From contig CAVYSW010000001.1 of the NCBI GenBank assembly GCA_963771275.1, positions 1-12,220 on the forward strand: a stretch of 12,220 nt of DNA. Reading direction: 5' to 3'. The notes under the pieces are model-generated. The model ran no database searches, was not told the DNA's origin, and saw only the letters and a list, made by a program, of their open reading frames with translations. The stretch comes from an uncultured Gemmatimonadales bacterium. GTDB lineage: Bacteria > Gemmatimonadota > Gemmatimonadetes > Gemmatimonadales > GWC2-71-9. Of this stretch, positions 1 to 6,994 are shown in pieces; position 1 is the first letter of the stretch; each line of letters starts with the position of its first letter. Both the position numbers and the translations under genes were made by a program.

Positions 1-168
1 GCCGTGAAAGCTGAGGAGCGCAAAGTGAAAAGGGAATGCCCCCACATCCCATTGCGCGCCCTGTACGGCAGGCTGATCATTCGGCGCGGGATCACCCATC
101 TTGTCCAGAAGGTCCGACGCCTGGGGCAAGGGTAACGTTCGCAAGAACGGGCTGAGCACGAGCGTGGT

Positions 169-202
169 CTGTCATTCCGGCGTCATCGAGCGATCCTAGG
201 CT
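169..202 (+). promoter_or_regulatory. Activator box (CTGTCATTCCGGCGTCAT, 169-186) + 10-bp spacer + -10 hexamer TAGGCT (197-202); promoter of the two-component operon
   Basis: GTCAT direct repeat with 11-bp period. The same geometry recurs at three other gene starts. The ATG lies 7 nt after the -10. Confidence 0.8.
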
Positions 203-209
203 GGCAGCC

Positions 210-899
210 ATGCGGGTTCTGGTCGTGGAAGATGAAATCGAGATTGCGGATCTCCTGGCCCGCGCGCTGCACGACATCTCCTGGGCGTGCGACGTGGTCG
301 CGACGGGCGGCGCGGCGCTCGAGGCCGTAGCGGTCACGGAGTACGATATCGTCGTGCTCGACCTCGGTCTACCCGACATGGATGGGCTCGAGGTGTGCCA
401 CCGCTGGCGCGCGCGCGACGTCCGGACCCCGATCCTCGTGTTGACCGCGCGGAGTGGCCTTGACGATCGCGTCACAGGTCTCGACGCTGGTGCCGACGAC
501 TACCTCGCCAAACCGTTCGCCATCGAGGAGCTGCTCGCCCGCCTGCGGGCCTTGCTCCGCCGCCCGTCGTCAGCCCAGGCACCGCTCCTCCGGATCGCCG
601 ATCTGGAGCTCGACCCCGCGACCCGGTGCGTCCGGCGGGCCGGTGAACCCCTCCGCCTCACCGCCCGCGAGTACGCCCTGCTCGAGTACCTGCTCCGCAA
701 TCCCGGGCGCGTGGTGACCCGCGCACAGATCCTCGAGCACGTGTGGGACGACAACTTCGATCCCGTCGCGAACGCGGTGGATGTGCTGGTCGGGCGCGTC
801 CGACGCAGGATCGAGTCTCCGGACGGCACGCCGCTGATCCACACGATCCGCGGCGCCGGATACGTGCTGTCCGAGACCGAGCCGCCCAATGCCGTTTAG
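210..899 (+). CDS. OmpR/PhoB-family DNA-binding response regulator (CusR/CzcR-like clade)
   Basis: Receiver motifs MRVLVVEDE, VVLDLGLPDMDG (phospho-Asp), LTAR, GADDYLAKPF. Winged-helix motifs LTAREYALLEYL, VWDDNFDPVANAVDVLVGRVRRRI, IHTIRGAGY. Confidence 0.97.
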   Translation: MRVLVVEDEIEIADLLARALHDISWACDVVATGGAALEAVAVTEYDIVVLDLGLPDMDGLEVCHRWRARDVRTPILVLTARSGLDDRVTGLDAGADDYLAKPFAIEELLARLRALLRRPSSAQAPLLRIADLELDPATRCVRRAGEPLRLTAREYALLEYLLRNPGRVVTRAQILEHVWDDNFDPVANAVDVLVGRVRRRIESPDGTPLIHTIRGAGYVLSETEPPNAV

Positions 900-2253
900 T
901 CGCCTTCGGCTCCAGATCGCGCTTCGGTTCGCGGCGGCGGTGCTGATCGCCGCCGGCGTGGTGGACTTCGGCCTTTCCGCCTACTTGCGGCGCGATGCGG
1001 ATGCCCGGCTCACCCGCGACCTACAGGCAGCCGCGCGAGGGCTCCGCGACGCCGTTCTGCGGGAGGCCCAGGAGACCGGCATTACGCAGGCCCAGGCGGT
1101 GCACGACGCCCTGGAGGAATGGCCGGCGGGCCCGACGGCATTCGCGGTGTTCGGCGCCGACCGCGCCCGGCTTGGTGCAGTCGGGCCCGGGGAGCCGCAG
1201 CGTCTGCTGCGTCTGCCGGTAGCGCCAACGCCGGGCACGGTGCGGACCTATCCGTTGGACGACGAAGGCGACCTGCGCACGGTGGTGGACGGCGACACCG
1301 TCCCACCCCGTCTCTGGATCATCGCCGCCCGTTCGACCGCCGAGCTGCGGGAGCATGAGGAGCTGCTGACCGGCTGGCTCCTGCTCAGCGTACCCGGCGT
1401 CGCGCTGTTCTCGCTCCTCTCGGGGTACTGGCTTGCGCGGCGCGCCTTGCAGCCCCTGCGTGACACGGCCGATGCCATTGAACGGATCGCGCCCGACGAC
1501 CTCCACCGTCGCCTTCCGGTGCGGACCCCGCCTGACGAGATCGACCGCCTCGCCGACCGGTTCAACGGCCTGCTGGAGCGCCTGGCGCAGGCACGGGACC
1601 GCAATCGCACGTTCTTGGCACGCGCGGCGCACCAGCTCAAAACCCCACTCACGGTCGTCCGCGGAGAGAGCACCCTCGGCCTCGAGCGCCCGCGTGACAA
1701 CGATACGTACCGCGCCGTCCTCGAGCGCATCCGGCGCGCGGCGGACCAGATGACGCACCGCGTGGACGACCTGTTTCTCCTGGCTCAGGCCGAGGCCGGC
1801 GATCAGCCGCCCATGCAAGATGCGGTCGAGCTCGACGGCCTCGCCCTCGAGTGCGCGGACCTCATGCGTGGCCGAGCGCAGCGGGCTGGCCGCTCCTTGG
1901 AGCTGGACCGGGTTGAAGCGGCGCTGGCTCGTGGCAACGAGCCCCTGCTCCGCGAGGCCGTGCTGGAGCTGATCGAGAACGCGGTGAGGTACGGTGGCCC
2001 GGAGCGCCCCATCCGCGTGTCGGCATACTGCGAGCACGACCGGGCGCACCTGGCCGTGTTGAGCGCGGGTGGGCCCATTCCCGAAAGCATCATGGGGCCG
2101 CCCGCCCGGCAGGAGGAGGGATCTGGTCTGGGGCTCTCCATTGTCGCATGGATCGCGCGCGTGCACGGGGGGAAGCTGGCCTACCGCCATGCCGACGAGA
2201 CCAACACCCTGCAACTGGTCTGGCCCGTGCCAGGCCCAGCGAGCAGCGGGTAG
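889..2253 (+). CDS. Membrane sensor histidine kinase (2 TM, periplasmic domain, HAMP, HisKA, HATPase_c)
   Basis: Two hydrophobic segments, HAMP (LQPLRDTADAIERI...DEIDRLADRFNGLLERL), H-box AAHQLKTPL, N-box ELIENAVRYG, G2 GSGLGLSIV. Overlaps the regulator by 11 bp. Confidence 0.95.
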   Translation: MPFSRLRLQIALRFAAAVLIAAGVVDFGLSAYLRRDADARLTRDLQAAARGLRDAVLREAQETGITQAQAVHDALEEWPAGPTAFAVFGADRARLGAVGPGEPQRLLRLPVAPTPGTVRTYPLDDEGDLRTVVDGDTVPPRLWIIAARSTAELREHEELLTGWLLLSVPGVALFSLLSGYWLARRALQPLRDTADAIERIAPDDLHRRLPVRTPPDEIDRLADRFNGLLERLAQARDRNRTFLARAAHQLKTPLTVVRGESTLGLERPRDNDTYRAVLERIRRAADQMTHRVDDLFLLAQAEAGDQPPMQDAVELDGLALECADLMRGRAQRAGRSLELDRVEAALARGNEPLLREAVLELIENAVRYGGPERPIRVSAYCEHDRAHLAVLSAGGPIPESIMGPPARQEEGSGLGLSIVAWIARVHGGKLAYRHADETNTLQLVWPVPGPASSG

Positions 2254-2283
2254 GACCCCCAGGGTTCATCCCCCGAGGGGGTC
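2254..2283. terminator. Possible hairpin between convergent genes
   Basis: GACCCCC (2254-2260) is complementary to GGGGGTC (2277-2283) in the 44-bp gap between two stop codons. No U-tract on either strand. Confidence 0.3.
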
Positions 2284-2297
2284 TCACCACCGTCAAC

Positions 2298-2897
2298 TCA
2301 GCGTCCCGTCTCCTGCTTCACGGGGCTCACAGCACCCGTCATGGCATTGATCGTGACGTGCCAGACCCCTGGACGGCCGGGAACGGTGAGCGAGAAGGAG
2401 TAGGTCAGCGTCCCACTCTCTTCCTCCAGCTCCGCCTTGGTGATCGTGCCGTTGGGGACGGCCGCGCGCGCCAGGGTTCTCGCGCTGTCCCCGGAGATCT
2501 TGGCCCGTGCCGCGAGACCCGGATGCTCCTCCACGATCTGCACGGCTCCAGCAGCTCCCGACTCCTCGGCGTTCTCGCGTTCGACGGGCGCGACCTGGCC
2601 CGTGACCGCGTCCACGTTCACCTCGAAGATGCCCGGCTGCCCGGGCACGCGGAGATCGAACGAATAGATGAGCTTACCGTTCTCTTCTTCGATCTCGGCC
2701 GCCGAAATCCGCCCCTTCGGCACCGCCTTCCGCGCTAGCACGATCGCGCTGTCGCCCGCCACCTTGGCGCGGGCCATCAGCCCCGGCGTTTCCTCTTTGA
2801 TCGTGACGCGGGTGCCCTGCTGCTGGGCCCAGGCGGTGGCCGGCGCACCTCCCACCACCACTGCCGCGGTGACGACCATCAGCTTCATAGCCCTCAT
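2298..2897 (-). CDS. Secreted protein with two tandem PepSY-like domains
   Basis: Signal peptide ending AWA|QQQ, upstream GGAGGA. Two repeats with the PepSY pattern (A..LARxAVP.G.I..AELEEE.G.L.YSF.L......V.(V/I)(D/N)A.TG.V). Confidence 0.88.
   Translation of the reverse strand: MRAMKLMVVTAAVVVGGAPATAWAQQQGTRVTIKEETPGLMARAKVAGDSAIVLARKAVPKGRISAAEIEEENGKLIYSFDLRVPGQPGIFEVNVDAVTGQVAPVERENAEESGAAGAVQIVEEHPGLAARAKISGDSARTLARAAVPNGTITKAELEEESGTLTYSFSLTVPGRPGVWHVTINAMTGAVSPVKQETGR
2310..2807 (-). repeat. Intragenic tandem duplication: aa 31-108 (nt 2807-2574) and aa 119-196 (nt 2543-2310)
   Basis: Ungapped manual alignment gives 47/78 identical residues. Confidence 0.9.
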
Positions 2898-2940
2898 TGC
2901 TCCTCCGTGGGTGGAAGCCCGGTCCGGTCCCCATCCACCA

Positions 2941-2974
2941 AGGCTACCGCCGGCACATGACAGACTCCTGACAG
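2941..2974 (-). promoter_or_regulatory. Activator box (CTGTCAGGAGTCTGTCAT, 2974-2957) + 10-bp spacer + -10 TAGCCT (2946-2941); promoter of the PepSY gene
   Basis: Perfect CTGTCA direct repeat at 11-bp period in a 100-bp intergenic gap, same geometry as the other three. Confidence 0.82.
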
Positions 2975-2997
2975 TGGCGCGGTGAGAAACGCCGACA

Positions 2998-3936
2998 TCA
3001 CTTCGGGAACGAGAGCATCATGCCAATCTGGGGTGCCCAGTCGGTGGCCTTGGACGAGATCCCGACCGCGTTGTCGAGCTTGAAGAAGAGGAAGTCCGCA
3101 ATGCGCCAGTGCGTGCCGAGGACGAGGTCCCACTCGTCCGGCGCGCCGGTTTCACCGCCCTCAACTCCGAAATACACGCGCCAGGAGGGTGACAACCGCT
3201 TGAGGTATTCGAGGGAACTCTCCCCGAGATCGAGATGCTTGTTGTCATGATTGTACTCTACGGTGGTGCGAAACGTCATCGTGCCCCAGGAAAACCCCCT
3301 CACGATGCCGATGCCGGGCTTGAAGTCCCACTCTGAAGCGCCGATCAGCACTTTCGTCTTCTGCGACGGAGGCGTCACCTCCAGGAACCCGAAGAGGCCG
3401 GGGCGATGGTCACCCTCCCGCATCACATGCATGCGAAGCTGTCCCTCGATGTCTCCCAGCCCCGATTCCTCGATTCTCGCCGGCATGGCGGACGGGTCGC
3501 TGGGCGACCTCTCGAGTGTAGCGCGCACGAAGCCTGCCTCGAACTCGAGCGCGAGCCAGTCGGTCAGGCCGTAGGCGACGAAGATCAGAGCCTCGGAGCT
3601 CCGGTACTTCCCGCGGAAATCCTGATCCAGTCCGAAGCCCAGCGCGGCCGGCTGGTACTCACGGTTGTTATCGAGGGAGTACGCGAAGAACGGGTGGACC
3701 ACCAGCTGGCCTCGGCCGATGTAGGTCCCGAACAGCGAGGCTGGGACGCCGGCGCCTCGGTCCGTCAGATACCTCGGCAGGGCACCGTCCTGGCCCGCGA
3801 CCGTGCCGGGCAGACCGGCCACCCCCGCGACGACGACGAACGCCCCAAGCGTGCGCCGACTCATGTGTGTGACCTGAAGCGGACGTCGCGATTCGCGGGG
3901 GTTTCGCAAGGCGCGGAAGGCCCGTAGTATGGTCAT
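2998..3936 (-). CDS. Putative outer-membrane beta-barrel, COG4313 / Phenol_MetA_deg-like 'transporter'
   Basis: Signal-like hydrophobic segment, AYGLTDWLALE and SGLGDI motifs, alternating amphipathic strands, C-terminal GMMLSF. GAGGTG precedes ATG 3936; an alternative ATG at 3864 sits nearer the signal peptide. Confidence 0.7.
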   Translation of the reverse strand: MTILRAFRALRNPRESRRPLQVTHMSRRTLGAFVVVAGVAGLPGTVAGQDGALPRYLTDRGAGVPASLFGTYIGRGQLVVHPFFAYSLDNNREYQPAALGFGLDQDFRGKYRSSEALIFVAYGLTDWLALEFEAGFVRATLERSPSDPSAMPARIEESGLGDIEGQLRMHVMREGDHRPGLFGFLEVTPPSQKTKVLIGASEWDFKPGIGIVRGFSWGTMTFRTTVEYNHDNKHLDLGESSLEYLKRLSPSWRVYFGVEGGETGAPDEWDLVLGTHWRIADFLFFKLDNAVGISSKATDWAPQIGMMLSFPK

Positions 3937-3984
3937 CTGTCACCTCGTCGTGAGTCGGCCATCCCGTGGCCGGCCGGCTGTGCC

Positions 3985-4018
3985 AAGCTATCCCGCCCAC
4001 GTGACAAGCCGGTGACGG
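3985..4018 (-). promoter_or_regulatory. Activator box (CCGTCACCGGCTTGTCAC, 4018-4001) + 10-bp spacer + -10 TAGCTT (3990-3985); promoter of the beta-barrel gene
   Basis: GTCAC direct repeat at 11-bp period with the same spacing to a TAnnnT hexamer. Confidence 0.78.
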
Positions 4019-4021
4019 ACG

Positions 4022-4055
4022 CTGTCACCCGGATGTCATGCACGCCGGCTATGAT
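4022..4055 (+). promoter_or_regulatory. Activator box (CTGTCACCCGGATGTCAT, 4022-4039) + 10-bp spacer + -10 TATGAT (4050-4055); promoter of the rightward run
   Basis: TGTCA direct repeat at 11-bp period and a -10 with 5/6 match to TATAAT. Confidence 0.83.
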
Positions 4056-4103
4056 GATCCGTTGCCCACGGGTCTTCGCTAGCCCACAACCCTGGAGGAC
4101 ATC

Positions 4104-4580
4104 TTGAAGCTACTCGCGATCACCGCCATCCTGTCCGTGGCGGGCCCCACCGGCTGGGCTGGCTTGCCGTCAACCCCCGCGCAGGATCCCCCGACCTACG
4201 CGCAGCAGCTCGTCAATCAGATGGTCGCCGCTCACGCGGAGCTGGCGGCAATGGAGCTGGCGCTCCAGTTGACAGAGGGCTGCAAGACCGTCGCCGCAAC
4301 CGCTGCGGAGGACATCGGCGAGAAATGCGACGACGACGAGCTGGGGCCCATCCGCACCGGCGAGCCCGACGTGGAAGAGCCGACCAAGGACGACCCCGTG
4401 TACGACATCACGCAGGCGCTCCACGACAGCGCTGGGAACCTCATCGGGGCGGTGGGCATGGACCTGAAGCCCGCGCCCGGGAAGGACCGGGCGGCGATGG
4501 TGGCCCAGGCTCGAGCGATTCTGCATGAGCTCGAAGCGCGGATCCCCTCGAAGCAGAAGCTCCTGGAGCCGGCGTCGTAG
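4104..4580 (+). CDS. Secreted acidic protein, probable stand-alone Cache/PDC (periplasmic PAS-like) domain
   Basis: GGAGG at 4094-4098 before a TTG start, signal peptide. YDITQALHDSAGNLIGAVGMDL resembles the terminal beta-hairpin of Cache/PDC domains. The CDS is well supported; the fold call is by eye. Confidence 0.65.
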   Translation: MKLLAITAILSVAGPTGWAGLPSTPAQDPPTYAQQLVNQMVAAHAELAAMELALQLTEGCKTVAATAAEDIGEKCDDDELGPIRTGEPDVEEPTKDDPVYDITQALHDSAGNLIGAVGMDLKPAPGKDRAAMVAQARAILHELEARIPSKQKLLEPAS

Positions 4581-4693
4581 CCGCGGCATCTTGTGGGCGG
4601 CGGGGGTGGCATAGGGCTCGCGTGGTCGCCTTCCCCGTGACCGCAGCGTAGAATACGGCCGACCCCTCATCCGGCGGCGCCGGAGCCCACGTC

Positions 4694-5971
4694 ATGATGC
4701 TCGCGCTCCTTCTCATCGCTCGCGGACTGCTGCCGCAAGGTCCGCAGGACTCGCTCACCCTCGACGCCGCGCTCGCCCTGGCGCGGGCGCACCGCGGACA
4801 GGTGGCCATCGCGGCCGCCGTGGTCGCCGCCGCCCGCGCCGAGCGGCGGGTGCTCCTCTCCCTCCCCAACCCCACGGTCTCATACTCCTACACGGGCGAC
4901 CCGCCGCGCCAGCACGCCACCGTCGACCAGCCGCTGGACTGGCTGCTGCGCCGCGGCAGTGAGGCCGTCGCGGGACGCGCTGGCATCGGCGTGGCGCTGG
5001 CCGATTCCACCCGTCTCTTGGCGGACGTCGCCCGCGAGGCGCGGAGCGCGTTCTACACGGCGCTCGGCGCCACGCGTCGACTCGCGCTCGCCGAGGATGA
5101 GGCCGCCCTCGCCGACTCGCTCGCGGCCATCGCCGCGCGGCGCCGGGCAGCGGGCGAGATCCCCGAGCTGGAACAGGCCCAGGCCGCGCTCGAAGCCGCC
5201 CGGGCGCGGCAACTCGTCTCCGCCAGCCGCGAGGACCATGCGCTGGCGGCCGCCGAGCTGGGCCGGGCGCTGGGCGTGCCGCGCGAGTCGCTGCCCGCGC
5301 CGGCCGGCGCGCTCGATCGGGAGCTTTCGGCAGTAGCGCCGGCCATGCCTCCGGCGGAGGAGCTCCCCATGGTCGTGGCCGCGCGCGCCGACTCCACCAT
5401 GGCGCGCGCGGTGTATCACGCCGCACAGTGGAGCCGGGTTCCGTTCCCGTCCGTGCAGGCCGGTGTCGAATGGAACGACCCCACCAACCCGACGGCCGGC
5501 TCCACCGTGCTGCTGGGCCTCTCCCTGCCGCTCCCGCTGTGGCAGAGCGGCGGCGCATTCACCGCCGCCGCGCGGGCCCGCGCCGACCAGGCGGCGGCCC
5601 AGCTCCGCGAGGTGCGGGCCGATGCCGCGCGGCTCCTCGCACAGGCGGCCACGCGCGTGCGGGAGACGGCGCGACGCGCCCTCGTGGCGCGCGATTCCAT
5701 TCTCCCGCTCGCCACGCGGCAGCGGGAGCTCGCGCTCGTCGCGTACACGGCCGGCGAGACCGGGATCGTGCCCGTGCTCGACGCGCTCCGGGCGGAGCGC
5801 GAGGTGGTGCGCGATCTCGTGAACGACCTCGTGGCCTACCAGGTGGCGCGGGCGGACTGGCTGGGACTGATCGGCACGACGAATGAGGTCCGGACTCTCA
5901 GGCTACGGCAACGTGGAGCCGAACGATGGATAGACGGCGGGCAGTGGCGAGCCTCGTTGCCGCCGCGGTGA
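4694..5971 (+). CDS. TolC/OEP-family outer membrane efflux protein
   Basis: Signal peptide then SLTLDAALALA. Two OEP repeats (RRRAAGEIPELE / AYTAGETGIVPVLDA), GLSLPLPLW strand. Directly upstream of MFP and RND genes. Confidence 0.92.
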   Translation: MMLALLLIARGLLPQGPQDSLTLDAALALARAHRGQVAIAAAVVAAARAERRVLLSLPNPTVSYSYTGDPPRQHATVDQPLDWLLRRGSEAVAGRAGIGVALADSTRLLADVAREARSAFYTALGATRRLALAEDEAALADSLAAIAARRRAAGEIPELEQAQAALEAARARQLVSASREDHALAAAELGRALGVPRESLPAPAGALDRELSAVAPAMPPAEELPMVVAARADSTMARAVYHAAQWSRVPFPSVQAGVEWNDPTNPTAGSTVLLGLSLPLPLWQSGGAFTAAARARADQAAAQLREVRADAARLLAQAATRVRETARRALVARDSILPLATRQRELALVAYTAGETGIVPVLDALRAEREVVRDLVNDLVAYQVARADWLGLIGTTNEVRTLRLRQRGAERWIDGGQWRASLPPR

Positions 5972-6993
5972 TCGTGGCGGCGCTCATCGCCCTCAGGCTG
6001 AAGGGCTCCGGAGCTGGAGACGAGGCGGTCGTCACGGACGTCGCCGTGCACGTCGGCACCGTGCAGCGGGCCACCCTGCATCGCTACGTCACCGCCTACG
6101 GTTACGTCGAGCCGGAGCCGGCCGGAGGCGGGCGCGCGCCGGGCGGCGCGCTGCTCTCCCCCATCGTCGGCGGCGTGCTGGCCGAGATCGACTGCGTGGA
6201 GGGGCAACGGGTGACGGCGGGGAGCGTGCTGTTCCGGCTCGACAGCCGGATGGCAGAGGTCGCGGTGGACAAAGCCCGGCAGCAGGTCGACTTCGCCGAG
6301 CGGGCCTTCAAGCGCCAGCAGGAATTGCTTCCCTCCAACGGGACGTCACAGCGCGCCTACCAGGAGGCGGAGCAGCAGCTCGACGCGGCGCGGAGCGATC
6401 TCTCGGCCGCGGAGACCGGGCTGGCGTATCTCCGGATCACCGCGCCGCTCAGCGGCACGGTGGTTCGGCTGAGCGCCACGGTCGGCCAATTCGTCGACGC
6501 CAACACCGTGCTGGCCGAGGTGGTGAACCTCGATCGTCTGGTCGTCACCGCCAACGTGCCGGCCCGCGAGGCCGCCGGGCTCGCGCCCGGGCTGCCGGTG
6601 TTCCTCGGCGCGGACAGCACGGCGCCGCGCGGCACTCTGCGGATCGTCGGCAAGGACATCGACCCCCGCACCGGGACGTACCGGGTCCAGGCCTCGGTGC
6701 CGGCGGGCTCCGCGTTCACCCCCGGCCAGTTCACCGACATCCGGATCGTGGCCGAGGAGCGGCCCAACGTGCTGGTCGTCCCCGAGGTGAGCCTGGTGAC
6801 GCGGGCCGGCGAGGGCAGCTGGATCATGGTCGTGGAGGGCGACAGCGCGGTGCGCCGGCCCGTCACCGTGGGAATCCGGGACGGGGGCCTCGTCGAGGTC
6901 GCGGGAGCCGGTCTGGGCGACGGTATCACGATCGTCACCGACGACGCCTACAGCCTCCCCGAGGTGACCAAGATCCGGATCGTGGGGCGCTGA
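5926..6993 (+). CDS. RND efflux periplasmic adaptor (membrane fusion protein)
   Basis: N-terminal anchor, lipoyl halves (GVLAEIDCVEGQRVTAGSVLFRLD; ITAPLSGTV), IDPRTGTYRV, FTPGQF. GGAG at 5915-5918. Confidence 0.95.
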   Translation: MDRRRAVASLVAAAVIVAALIALRLKGSGAGDEAVVTDVAVHVGTVQRATLHRYVTAYGYVEPEPAGGGRAPGGALLSPIVGGVLAEIDCVEGQRVTAGSVLFRLDSRMAEVAVDKARQQVDFAERAFKRQQELLPSNGTSQRAYQEAEQQLDAARSDLSAAETGLAYLRITAPLSGTVVRLSATVGQFVDANTVLAEVVNLDRLVVTANVPAREAAGLAPGLPVFLGADSTAPRGTLRIVGKDIDPRTGTYRVQASVPAGSAFTPGQFTDIRIVAEERPNVLVVPEVSLVTRAGEGSWIMVVEGDSAVRRPVTVGIRDGGLVEVAGAGLGDGITIVTDDAYSLPEVTKIRIVGR

Positions 6994-6994
6994 G

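Noticed and set aside
1..99. Possible start of a divergent minus-strand gene (ATG at 99, 80 or 52, each open to the window edge)
   Set aside because: Too short, no clear RBS or recognisable motif; cannot choose a frame.
3931..3943. Additional GTCAT/CTGTCAC half-sites
   Set aside because: Period is 7 bp rather than 11, no -10 at the expected distance, and it is explained by the barrel gene's RBS and start codon on the minus strand.
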